A stretch of 64,000 bases of DNA from an uncultured delta proteobacterium (GCA_963841435.1 CAWJCS010000005.1:1782844-1846843); one strand, 5' to 3'; numbered from the stretch's first letter, positions 52,057-61,732 are shown. The notes: a model not told the origin generated them from the sequence alone. A program made the numbers and translations.

Positions 52057-52125
52057 CGGCCGAACGCGATGTCTCGCGTCGGTGGGAGCGACCACGTACG
52101 TGCCGACTGCTTCCGTATTGCTCAG

Positions 52126-52602
52126 TTAAGTTAGGGTATGGGCGGTCAGGTTTGACGGGTCGTCGGACAGGTTGCGAATTACGAGTTGGAGCAATTCGAC
52201 GAGTCTTCTTTGGTCCGGCTCGGACACACCAGCTAGAGCCTCTTCGACGACCTTTGTCATCATATCCTTGGCATCGGCGACTGCACTTCGTGCGCGCGAA
52301 GTGAGCGCTACAAGCTGAGCCCGTGAGTCCCTAGGGTCAGGTTTGCGTGAAATGAGACGGTCGCGTTCCATTCGCTTGAGCAGCGCCGCCATCGTCGGTT
52401 GCTCGACGTGCACGAATCGCAACAGGTCCTTCTGCTGTAGGGGGCCACGCTCCTGAATCGTAATAGCAACGTGCAAGTAGGCCATCGAAAGCCCGAGTGG
52501 ACGGAGTCGCTCATCAAAGTGACGCATCAGCAACCGCGACGCGTGGTTGATCCAGAAGGTCGGGACTGAGGTCGGGTCCCAGAGCACTTGACGATTTCGC
52601 AT
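52126..52602 (-). CDS. MarR-family regulator
   Basis: 'VEQPTMAALLKRME', 'DPRDSR..LT'. Confidence 0.88.
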   Translation of the reverse strand: MRNRQVLWDPTSVPTFWINHASRLLMRHFDERLRPLGLSMAYLHVAITIQERGPLQQKDLLRFVHVEQPTMAALLKRMERDRLISRKPDPRDSRAQLVALTSRARSAVADAKDMMTKVVEEALAGVSEPDQRRLVELLQLVIRNLSDDPSNLTAHTLT

Positions 52603-52622
52603 AGCTGGATATATAGCATACT

Positions 52623-53219
52623 ATGCGAAATCGAATCATCGAAAAGCGTCCTCCGACCACCAGCGCAGACTTTGACGGCCAGTACCGCGCTCTCTTCACA
52701 TTCTGGGGAGACATCCGCATGCCACCTGAGGTGGCTGACCTTGCACGAGGCAAGCCCGCCCAGCGCATCCTCGAACTCGGCTGCGGCGTGGGTCGGTTTT
52801 CTCTCAACCTCGCGCGCGCCGGGCATCAAGTCGTCGGTGTCGACTTCTCTCCGGTGGCCATCGAGAAAGCCCGTGGGCGCGCAGCTGGTGACGCAGCTAG
52901 ACCGGAATTCGTGGTGGGTGACGTGACCGACCTACACAACGTCGAGGGGCCCTTCGACTTGTCGTTTGACGTCGGCTGCTACCACTGCCTGAATGCCGAA
53001 CAACAAACGCGCTACGCAGCGGAGGTGTACCGGCTGTTGGCCCCAGGAGGGACGCACCTGATTTGGGTGATGGACGACTCTCCAAGCGGTCTTCCGCTCG
53101 CGGCATCTGACATCCAGAGCGTGTTCGCCCCTCACTTCGTGCTGCGGAAGGAGATCTTCAAGCGGCGGCGCCTAGTGCGCTCGCACTGGTACTGGCTGGA
53201 GCGACGAGCGCAATCGTAG
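52623..53219 (+). CDS. Class I SAM methyltransferase
   Basis: 'LELGCGVG', 'FDVGCYH'. Confidence 0.85.
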   Translation: MRNRIIEKRPPTTSADFDGQYRALFTFWGDIRMPPEVADLARGKPAQRILELGCGVGRFSLNLARAGHQVVGVDFSPVAIEKARGRAAGDAARPEFVVGDVTDLHNVEGPFDLSFDVGCYHCLNAEQQTRYAAEVYRLLAPGGTHLIWVMDDSPSGLPLAASDIQSVFAPHFVLRKEIFKRRRLVRSHWYWLERRAQS

Positions 53220-53353
53220 TGGTTGCCGGACAGCACGCCCGGCATACTTTGGCTTTCCAGATCCGATCACTGTGAGCGCCATCACGTCGGTCATCGCGGC
53301 AAGGAGTCCAATACTCCGTGGCGCCCGCTTCCGCTTCCATGACTTGCGGCTCG

Positions 53354-53427
53354 GTATAACGTAGCAGGGCTAAGCTGCGCGGGTCGAGCGCAGCGAGGCC
53401 CGCGTCTGCTTCAGCCCCGAGTTGGCC
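53354..53427 (-). repeat. attC
   Basis: GTATAAC...GTTGGCC, near-identical to 49002-49075. Confidence 0.92.
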
Positions 53428-53438
53428 GGCGACCGCCA

Positions 53439-54167
53439 TCAGGGTGGCAACTTGAAGAGCCGCGCGAAGTAGGTGCTGCACGCTTCGTCGCGATCTCGAT
53501 GAAGCTCCCACAGAAGGTAGACGTTGCCGTCGGACGAGACGACTTCCGGCGGAACGGGTTGGACGGGGAACGAATGGAGCAGGGCGATGAGTGCAGCTCG
53601 ATCGAACGCTGCAGATCCGCTGTGGCGCCGAAGTCGCACGCGGGTGAGCGCGCCGGAGTGGCCATCGATGAGCAAGTCTGCCGCGGCCACGAGTGTCTTA
53701 TTGGAAAGGGGGTCGTCGGGCTGGGGTTCGAGGGAGTCCAGGAAGGACTTCGCGAAGACTGGATGCAGGCACGTGTGAACAGAGGCGAGGTACTGACCGA
53801 ATGCGATGTCGGTCGAGCCCTGCTGCAGAGCGGCGGCTGGGAAAAGCGGGGCGTCCGATGCGGCAACTCTTGCATCAGCCGTCGGGTCAGCGGTCCAATC
53901 GGGCGGTCCATCGGGGTCGCTTCCGCACACTACCCCGGACGAGTCCACTGGCGGCTGGGGGGTCACGAGCGGGGAGGCACCCGCGGAATCGGCCGAGGCT
54001 GGCGTCGTCCCAGCGCCAGCACTGGCCACCCCGGTTGGGGCACCAGGGGTGGCGCGAGGAGCCGGGCAAGGGATCGGTGGTGAGAGACACGCCATGACCA
54101 TGACCGGGGTCACCGCCACCGTCACCCACCTAAAGGGGGCAGCGTGTACCGCCAACGTTCCACGCAC
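53439..54167 (-). CDS. TonB C-terminal-domain-like protein (cassette; start uncertain)
   Basis: 'SGSAAFDRAAL', 'SSDGNVYLLWELHR...CST'. Confidence 0.6.
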   Translation of the reverse strand: MRGTLAVHAAPFRWVTVAVTPVMVMACLSPPIPCPAPRATPGAPTGVASAGAGTTPASADSAGASPLVTPQPPVDSSGVVCGSDPDGPPDWTADPTADARVAASDAPLFPAAALQQGSTDIAFGQYLASVHTCLHPVFAKSFLDSLEPQPDDPLSNKTLVAAADLLIDGHSGALTRVRLRRHSGSAAFDRAALIALLHSFPVQPVPPEVVSSDGNVYLLWELHRDRDEACSTYFARLFKLPP

Positions 54168-54187
54168 CGACAGTCCTCGTCCGCCCA

Positions 54188-55123
54188 GTCAGTATGGAAC
54201 GACCGGCTCGAGTTCACGAGGTCGTAGGTTACGTTTCGAGCGGTAGGCAAGAAAAGGAGCCGGTCGCATGATCGCCAATCGGCCGGAGGCCGTCCGGCGC
54301 TTGCTGGGGAAGCTGGGAGATCCAGCGAAGTTGAAGGTTTGCTACGAGGCGGGTCCGACGGGCTACGCGTCCGCGCGATCGTCGACGCCCTCCAGGCGTT
54401 GCGCGGCGTGGCCAAGGTCACCGCCGTCACGCTCGCCACCGAGCTCGGGTGCTTCAGCCGCTTCGAGCGGGCAGCCCAGGTCATGAGCTACACGGGCGTG
54501 GTCCCGTCGGAGCACTCGAGTGGACCGCGGACGCGCCGCAGCGGCATCACGAAGACCGGCAACTCACACCTGCGCCGAGTGCTGGTCGAGGCGGCTTGGC
54601 ATTACCGCCACCGACCGAGGATCTGCCAGCGGCAGCACGAGCTGCAAAAGGCGCTCGATCCGAAAGTCGCAGCCATTGGCTGGCGGGCGCAGGAGCGCCT
54701 GCATCGCCGCTACTGGGCGCTCGCACAGAAGAGCAAGCCGACCGGCAAGATCGTCACCGCCATCGCTCGCGAGCTCGTCGGCTTCGTCTGGGCGATCGGC
54801 GTCGAGACCGAGCAACGCACGAAGCGCTCGAAGGCAGCATGAAACGCAAGGTGAAGTGAACGAGCCAGGGGTCGAGCCGGCAACGGTAGGAGGATCCTCG
54901 AATACGTTGTGTGGCAAGACCCACGAGCCCAGTGCGAGGCAGCTCCCGACGAATGATAACCATGAAGGCGGCCCCGGCCGATCCTCGAATATCAGCGTGA
55001 TCAACCGTCGATGAAGCCCACCTCGGCCCCTGTCCCGTTCACTTCACCCGCAGCCACACGGAGCAACGAAAGAAAAAAGTGACCTGAACCTCAGCTTCGA
55101 GCTTGCAGGGTCGTTCCATATCA
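54188..55123 (+). mobile_element. IS1111-type element B, copy 1 (internally deleted), inserted in attC core
   Basis: Perfect subterminal IR TATGGAACGACC (54193-54204)/GGTCGTTCCATA (55109-55120); CA on both flanks; IS110-type C-terminus 'VPSEHSSG..ITKTGN'. Confidence 0.9.
54850..55048 (+). ncRNA. Putative bridge/seek RNA of element B
   Basis: 13-bp closing stem GGTGAAGTGAACG/CGTTCACTTCACC; internal loop carrying TACGTTG and GCCCA that match the insertion target. Confidence 0.75.
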
Positions 55124-55193
55124 ACGTACCAGGTTTCAGCTGCGCCGGCCGAGCGCACGCGAGGTCGGCGTCTGCTGCAAACCGTTGTTGGGC
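55122..55193 (-). repeat. attC (core split by element B)
   Basis: (GCC)CAACGTACCAGGTTTCAGCTG...CTGCTGCAAACC..GTTGGGC. Confidence 0.88.
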
Positions 55194-55203
55194 GGCGCTC
55201 GCG

Positions 55204-55512
55204 TCAGCGCAGGTAGGCGCGCCGGATCACTTCGGGATCCTGGCGCAGGTTGACGACCGCAAGGACCACGTCCGGTGTCTCGGCGGAGCCCGCGAGAAAG
55301 AACACGCCGAACGGAAACCGACCCATGAGGGCCCGGCGCACTGGCGCATCTACCAAGGTTGACAGTAGCGGGGCCTCCCGGATCAGCGAGGTTGTCCGTT
55401 GGAATTCATCCAAGAACGCCAGCCCCAGGTTCGGGCGCTGAGAATCATATTGCTCGGCCGCGAGCAGCACATCGGCGTGTGCGTCCGGCGTGAGCGCGGG
55501 CTCAGGTCGCAT
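55204..55512 (-). CDS. ParE/RelE-family toxin
   Basis: 'YDSQRPNLGLAFLDE', 'RRALMGRFPFGVFF'; TGATG coupling. Confidence 0.8.
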   Translation of the reverse strand: MRPEPALTPDAHADVLLAAEQYDSQRPNLGLAFLDEFQRTTSLIREAPLLSTLVDAPVRRALMGRFPFGVFFLAGSAETPDVVLAVVNLRQDPEVIRRAYLR

Positions 55513-55760
55513 CAGCGCGAGGTGCGGACTGAAAGCGCTTGTTCGATCTCCAGTCGAACTTCTGACCAAGGGCGAGCGGCGCCCGGGTTCGCCTCATGCG
55601 CAGCCAGGCGCTGACGGACCAGCTCCCGCTGCGCATCAGAGATGGGGAGGCGCTCTTGATCCTCGACAATTCGGTCCCAGAGCGCCCCGACGTAGCGAAC
55701 CTTCTCCTCCGGCGTCAGATCGTCGAAACCTGGAGGAGGGACGGGGAGCGCGCTGGCCAC
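55512..55760 (-). CDS. Addiction-module antitoxin
   Basis: 'LTPEEK...LWDRI', 'RLAAHEANP...WSEV'. Confidence 0.82.
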   Translation of the reverse strand: MASALPVPPPGFDDLTPEEKVRYVGALWDRIVEDQERLPISDAQRELVRQRLAAHEANPGAARPWSEVRLEIEQALSVRTSR

Positions 55761-55851
55761 TGAGGGAGGTTAGCCCGACTCAGCGCGAACGACAATCGGA
55801 ACACCCTACCGCCGATCGTCGGTGGGTCACATGCCAACCGTCGTCCGCCCA

Positions 55852-56904
55852 GTCAGTATGGAACGACCGGCTCGAGTTCACGAGGTCGTAGGTTACGTTT
55901 CGAGCGGTAGGCAAGAGACGCAGAGCTACACGTGAAAGGAGCCGGTCGCATGCGCAAGATTACCCGATTTGTAGGGATGGATGTACACGCGGAAACGATC
56001 GCCGTGGCGGTGACCGAGGGCCGTGACGGTGCGGCGCAGTCGCTGGGGACGATCGCCAATCGGCCGGAGGCCGTCCGGCGCTTGCTGGGGAAGCTGGGAG
56101 ATCCAGCGAAGTTGAAGGTTTGCTACGAGGCGGGTCCGACGGGCTACGCGTCCGCGCGATCGTCGACGCCCTCCAGGCGTTGCGCGGCGTGGCCAAGGTC
56201 ACCGCCGTCACGCTCGCCACCGAGCTCGGGTGCTTCAGCCGCTTCGAGCGGGCAGCCCAGGTCATGAGCTACACGGGCGTGGTCCCGTCGGAGCACTCGA
56301 GTGGACCGCGGACGCGCCGCAGCGGCATCACGAAGACCGGCAACTCACACCTGCGCCGAGTGCTGGTCGAGGCGGCTTGGCATTACCGCCACCGACCGAG
56401 GATCTGCCAGCGGCAGCACGAGCTGCAAAAGGCGCTCGATCCGAAAGTCGCAGCCATTGGCTGGCGGGCGCAGGAGCGCCTGCATCGCCGCTACTGGGCG
56501 CTCGCACAGAAGAGCAAGCCGACCGGCAAGATCGTCACCGCCATCGCTCGCGAGCTCGTCGGCTTCGTCTGGGCGATCGGCGTCGAGACCGAGCAACGCA
56601 CGAAGCGCTCGAAGGCAGCATGAAACGCAAGGTGAAGTGAACGAGCCAGGGGTCGAGCCGGCAACGGTAGGAGGATCCTCGAATACGTTGTGTGGCAAGA
56701 CCCACGAGCCCAGTGCGAGGCAGCTCCCGACGAATGATAACCATGAAGGCGGCCCCGGCCGATCCTCGAATATCAGCGTGATCAACCGTCGATGAAGCCC
56801 ACCTCGGCCCTTGTCCCGTTCACTTCACCCGCAGCCACACGGAGCAACGAAAGAAAAAAGTGACCTGAACCTCAGCTTCGAGCTTGCAGGGTCGTTCCAT
56901 ATCA
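55852..56904 (+). mobile_element. IS1111-type element B, copy 2 (internally deleted)
   Basis: Near-identical to copy 1; keeps N-terminus 'FVGMDVH..CYEAGPTG'; same central deletion. Confidence 0.9.
56631..56829 (+). ncRNA. Putative bridge/seek RNA of element B, copy 2
   Basis: Same as 54850-55048 with one C/T difference. Confidence 0.75.
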
Positions 56905-56952
56905 GCGAACCGGCGACCGACGAAGCCCGTCTGCTGCAACGCGGAGTTAGGC
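56905..56952 (-). repeat. attC half-site
   Basis: GCGAACCGGCGACCGACGAAGCCCGTCTGCTGCAAC..GTTAGGC. Confidence 0.8.
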
Positions 56953-57201
56953 GGCAACCATGCCGCGTGCTCACCTCGTCGTGACAGCCACCTACCGTCT
57001 ACCCAGTGTCTTTCTAACAGTGACGGCCTCACCAGAGAACGGCGTGACTTTCGCGCGCGAGAAGGCACGGAGCAGACAGTGGGCGAGCGCTTCGTCCTCC
57101 CCACCCTGGTCGAGGCCGGCAATACGCGCCTCACGCAGACATCCCGCTGGGCCGAAGGTTAGAACCACGCTGGCGGCGCGCTCGCCCCAGCCGCAGCTGA
57201 G

Positions 57202-58497
57202 CTGAGAGATCCCCTCATCCCCTCACGGAAAAGTTGAGGGTCTAGGAATTTGTGGTGGGGGCGTTGGGTTGAAGGGGCATGCAGGAACAAGGTCAGCCGC
57301 TTTCCCAGCCTCAAGCCGCGCACCGCTTGCGTCGGCAGCCGCCTCGTCCGACGCTTTCGCCTCGATACGTGCATCAGTTTGTCGAACGACTCATAGGAGA
57401 CGATTTTCACGCGAAGCGCGTGCTTTCCCTCGCTAACGGCGTGGTGGGTACCATCCACGCCGCCGCGTTGGCGGTTCACTTTATCGGGGAGGGTTTGGCG
57501 CTTGCGGAGGGACTCGACCCAAAGCACGCGATCAAACAGGTTGACCGTTTGCTCAGCAATCCGGCGATTTCCGTTGAGAGGTTCTTCGCCCGATGGGTGC
57601 CGTTCGTCGTTGCCGAGCGGAAAGGCTCCGGGTAGCGCTGGATGGACGAGTTCGATCGCGATGGGCAGATCACCATCGCGCTCTACCTGCTGACGAGGCA
57701 CGGGCGGGCCACCCCGTTGCTCTGGAGGACCGTCAGGAAGAGCGACCTGAAGGAGCGACAGGGGGAATACGAAGATGCTATCGTTGAACAGCTTCACAGT
57801 CTTCTCGGCGCCGATGTGCGAGTGACGCTGCTGGCCGATCGAGGCTTTGGCGACCAGGCGCGGTACGAGCATCTCGACCGGCTCGGCTTCAGCTTCGTCA
57901 TTCGTTTTCGCGAGAACATCCTGGTTGAGAGCGCCGACGGCGATTCGAAGACCGCCGCAGAATGGGTTCCGAGCAACGGCCGGCCCAAGCACCTGCGAAA
58001 AGCCAGAGTGACTGCTGACCGCGCCAACGTGGGCGCCGTCGTGTGCGTGAAATCGGCCGGAATGGCTCAGGCCTGGTGCCTCGCCACCAACCGTACCGAC
58101 CTTTCGGCGACCGAGGTCGTCGAGTTGTACGGCCGCCGCTTCACGATCGAGGAGACGTTCCGCGACCAGAAAGATCTGCGCTTTGGCATGGGGCTGTCGA
58201 GCACGCACATCAAGGACCCGGCACGGCGCGATCGCCTGCTCATGCTCGCAGCCTTTGCACAGGGGCTCCTCACGCTGCTCGGCGCTGCGAGCGAAGCGTC
58301 CGGACTCGATCGCTACTTGAAGGCCAATACTGTCAAAAAGCGCACTCACTCCCTGTTTCGTCAGGGTAGCTATTACTATGCCGCGCTCCCCAACATGCGC
58401 GATGATCGCCTGTTGCCGCTCATGGACGCCTCGGCAAGATCGTCGCCGAGCCAGGTCTCGCGCGAACTTCTCGGTGTCATATGAGGGGATGCCTCAG
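57202..58497 (+). mobile_element. IS4-family-like DDE element, transposase disrupted (57279-57635 and 57642-58484)
   Basis: TIR CTGAGAGATCCCCTCAT vs rc CTGAGGCATCCCCTCAT (15/17); 'LLADRGF', 'YGRRFTIEETFRDQK'. Confidence 0.85.
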
Positions 58498-58945
58498 CTT
58501 GCTAGCAGCTCGACGATCATCGCGAAGTGTCGGCAGTCCTTGTCTGGCACGAGCCCCAAAAGCTCACCGCCGGACTGAACAACATCTTGGATGACGTTGC
58601 AGCTTTGCACATCGGTCAGTGCATGAACAAGTACCCCTTCGACGGGCACCTTTTCGGGGAAGTCGCATCGAACAAACTCGTACGCGATCTCCGGACTCGG
58701 CCGTCCGGGCATGGGAAGTCCGCGACGACCTGGGTAACGGCGCCAGCATCGAAATCCTCGCGCAAATTCGCTGACGGCTCGCCCCAGTAAAGACCCTCAA
58801 CAGGACGCGGCGCGCTGCGATGACGACGTTATGGCTCGAATATCTCGCGTGATGTCGCCGACGAGCGCCCGCTGAAGGGAAAGCAACACTGACCTAGGTA
58901 GTTCTACGGGGACAGACGAATGGCTCATCGTGATGTGACCGGTCC

Positions 58946-59020
58946 GGCTAACGTACCAGGTTTCAGCTGCGCCGGCCGAGCGACAGCGAGGGCGGCGTCT
59001 GCTGCAAACCGGAGTTAGCC
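58946..59020 (-). repeat. attC
   Basis: GGCTAAC...GTTAGCC. Confidence 0.92.
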
Positions 59021-59051
59021 GGCACGGCCAATATCGTTGACAGTTCTTTCT

Positions 59052-59445
59052 TCAGAAAAGAGAAGGTCGAGCTTCGAGCACGGACGGTGTCAGCGCACGC
59101 CGGTGCTCAGGCTGAGCGTCTTGGTCCCCGTCCCAGCACGCAAAAAGGTGAACGATTCCGACGCGCGCCAACTCCTCGCGGAGGTATTGGGCAAACGCGC
59201 GGAGGGATCGCTCCCGAAGATCGAGTTCCTCACGATCGAGAAACGCGCGCGCGTCGGAGTCCAATTGAAAGCCGCATCCGCATCCTTCGTACGACCCAGC
59301 GTAAAGAACATGGTTCCCACGAAAGTGGCAGCGGACACGTTCCTCGTCGGGCGCCAGCGACGAGGTGTTCGCAAGCCGGAGCAGCCTCAACCCACGGGAT
59401 AGCGCGGAGGGGCTGGTCGGCGCCGATGTAGACCATCATGCACAT
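59052..59445 (-). pseudogene. Hypothetical cassette protein, frameshifted
   Basis: MCMMVYIGADQPL.. and ..YAGSYEGCGCGF..LFACWDGD in different frames. Confidence 0.55.
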
Positions 59446-59554
59446 GCAGTCATTCGAGCTTCGATCGGATTCGGCCCCTGAGGTCGGTCGGACACCCTGG
59501 TCCTCGGAAGGCGTCGCAATCCGCGTCAACTTGGGGAGCTTCTGGCTGACATCT

Positions 59555-59773
59555 TCACGGCTTCCAGCTCGCCCAAATGGAAATCGGCCAACCCAAAGAG
59601 TCATGCCGCTCGCGTCTACGCACTCCACGGCAAACGTCTCCGCCGAATAGGCGTGCACCACACTTCCGACATCGCCAGTTCGAGGCGCGCGAGCAACTCC
59701 GGGCGAACAGTGAAGAAGCGCGGTTGGTCGCCGACCCAAATGATCCGAACGAGCTGTGGTCCGCGGGCATCAT
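59555..59773 (-). pseudogene. DUF4926-like remnant
   Basis: 'GDVGSVVHAYSAETFAVECVDASG.TLW'; coordinates approximate. Confidence 0.45.
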
Positions 59774-59786
59774 CTTCAGCTCGTCC

Positions 59787-59861
59787 GGCTAACGTACCAG
59801 GTTTCAGCTGCGGGATCCGAGCGAAGGCGAGGAGCCCGTCTGCTGCAAACCGGAGTTAGCC
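59787..59861 (-). repeat. attC
   Basis: GGCTAAC...GTTAGCC. Confidence 0.92.
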
Positions 59862-60326
59862 AGCTCCCCTACGGTTTGCGATCGCGCGAAGCTTGGCGGC
59901 GTCCGCAAGATCCTTCGGGCGTCCGGATGCCAACTTGTTCTTGAGAAGCTCGTTGACGCCAATGAAGTTCACCGCGTGGCCATCGAGATCAGCGGGAGAC
60001 CGTGACGCCCAAGCCGAGTCGAATTCGACGCCAGAAATCGAGGTGAGAATATCAATACGGTTCGGGGGACGCCCGAGTTGGACGACCTGGCCCGGCTCCG
60101 TGAGGTCTGCCGCCGTAATGCCAAGGGAACCGAAGCCAAAAGCGTCCAGAGCTCGAAGCACGCGGTCCGCGTTCTCGCCAGTCGCGCGGACGAAGAAATC
60201 GATGTCGCCGGTAAAGCGAGGGTGGCCGTGGAAGGCCACGGCGTGGCCGCCCACGACGAGGTACTCAACTTTGAGAGAGTTCAACAACCCGATGAACTCG
60301 CTCAAGTCGGTCTGCAGATGCGCCAA
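59856..60326 (-). CDS. Nucleotidyltransferase-family protein
   Basis: 'VVGGHAV..HG.PRFTGDIDF', 'KLASGRPKDLAD'. Confidence 0.85.
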   Translation of the reverse strand: MAHLQTDLSEFIGLLNSLKVEYLVVGGHAVAFHGHPRFTGDIDFFVRATGENADRVLRALDAFGFGSLGITAADLTEPGQVVQLGRPPNRIDILTSISGVEFDSAWASRSPADLDGHAVNFIGVNELLKNKLASGRPKDLADAAKLRAIANRRGAG

Positions 60327-60459
60327 GCGCGCTCCGATGGCGTTCGACCAGCTCGAGCAGCAAGTCGAGCCGTTCTTGGGGTGTCAGATCGGCGTAGAAC
60401 TGATCGTCGGCCTGGTCGGCAGCCTCAAAGCTCGCGAAAACCTGAGCGACGCGCTCCAC
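60265..60459 (-). CDS. Small partner of the nucleotidyltransferase (putative TA component)
   Basis: 'LTPQERL' motif; upstream of and overlapping the NTase. Confidence 0.6.
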   Translation of the reverse strand: MERVAQVFASFEAADQADDQFYADLTPQERLDLLLELVERHRSALGASADRLERVHRVVELSQS

Positions 60460-60627
60460 AGTTCAAGTCTACCAGACAGACGACAGGCTCACCAGAAACC
60501 GCTCGCCCCCCGAGCCGCGCGCTGCGCTGGGCGTTCTCGCTCCCATGCGCGGGTGGGAGCGTCAGACAGGGCCAACGCAGGGTGTTGGGCCCCCGTCCGC
60601 CACCATGGGCGCACCCGAGTCTGGCTA

Positions 60628-61635
60628 CAGCCCCTTTCCATGATTCATGACACGTGATACGCGGTCTTCATGGCCGCGATCTCGTTGGACTTGCGCAAGC
60701 GGATCTTGGACGCGCTGTCAGAAGACAGTTCGTCATTGCGGGTGGGACGGAGGTTCGCGGTGAGCGCGAGCTTCGTTCGGAAGCTTCGGATCCAGGTTCG
60801 GGAAACGGGGGATCCGGCACCGGGAAAGGCCCCGGGCAAGGAGCGCTTGGTGAAGGGGGCGACGGAGCGACGGCTACGAAAGCTCGCTGCGAAGCGGCCG
60901 GACGCTTCCCTCGTGGAGCTGTCGGAGTTGCTGGCGAAGCAGACCGCCGTCGCGGTCAGCGAGACGACGATGTGGCGGAGCCTGCGCCGGCTCGGCCTGA
61001 CTCGAAAAAAAAGTCCCTCCAGGCCTCGGAGCGCGAGCGGCCGGACGTAGTCTGCGCCCGGGAGGTATTCTGCAAGCGTCGGCAGCGCTGGCGCAAGAGA
61101 CGCCTTTGGTTCGTGGACGAGAGTGGGGTCAACCTCGCGCTCACGCGGGCAAACGGTTGGGCTCCGCGCGGCGAGCGGCTCGTTGACCACGTTCCGGGCA
61201 GGCGCTGGGAGAACTTCTCGCTGATCGCCGCGCTGTCGCTCGACGGCGTGCATGCACCGTTGTTGCTGCCCGGCGCGATGAACACCGAGGCGATGCGCGT
61301 CTGGGCTCGGGAGTTCCTTGTCCCGCTCCTGAAGCCGGGAGACATCGTCATCTGGGACAACCTGGGCATTCACACCGACTTCGAGGTGCGCCTCGCTGTC
61401 GAGTGCACCGGCGCGCGGCTCGAGTTCCTGCCACCCTACTCTCCCGACCTCAACCCGATCGAACTGGCCTGGTCGAAGGCGAAAGCGCTCCTGCGTCGCC
61501 TTGGTGCCCGCACGTGGCGACGACTGGTCTGCGCCGTCGCCGATGCGCTTCACGCGATCACGCCGGCCGACTCCGCCGGATGGTTCGGCCACTGCGGATA
61601 CCCCTCTCCGTGATCCATCTCATTGAAAACTGCTG
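60628..61635 (+). mobile_element. IS630-family element inserted in the TA of an attC core
   Basis: TA duplication at 60626-27 and 61636-37; imperfect TIR; ORF1 60670-61050 (HTH) and DDE frame to 61613 ('FVDESG', 'WDNL', 'PYSPDLNPIE') linked by A8 slippery site 61005-61012. Confidence 0.92.
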
Positions 61636-61732
61636 TAACGTACCGGCGTTCAGCTGCGGGTGCCAGAGGGAGCGGGTGAGCGCAGCGAGCCGGCGACCGA
61701 CCAAGCCCGTCTGCTGCAACGCCAAGTTAGCC
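61636..61732 (-). repeat. attC (long type; core split by IS630)
   Basis: TAACGTACCGGCGTTCAGCTG...CTGCTGCAACGCCAAGTTAGCC. Confidence 0.88.

Noticed and set aside
60570-60590. GGCCAAC-7 nt-GTTGGGC as an extra attC
   Set aside because: Far too short and lacks L boxes; may be an operator hairpin or chance
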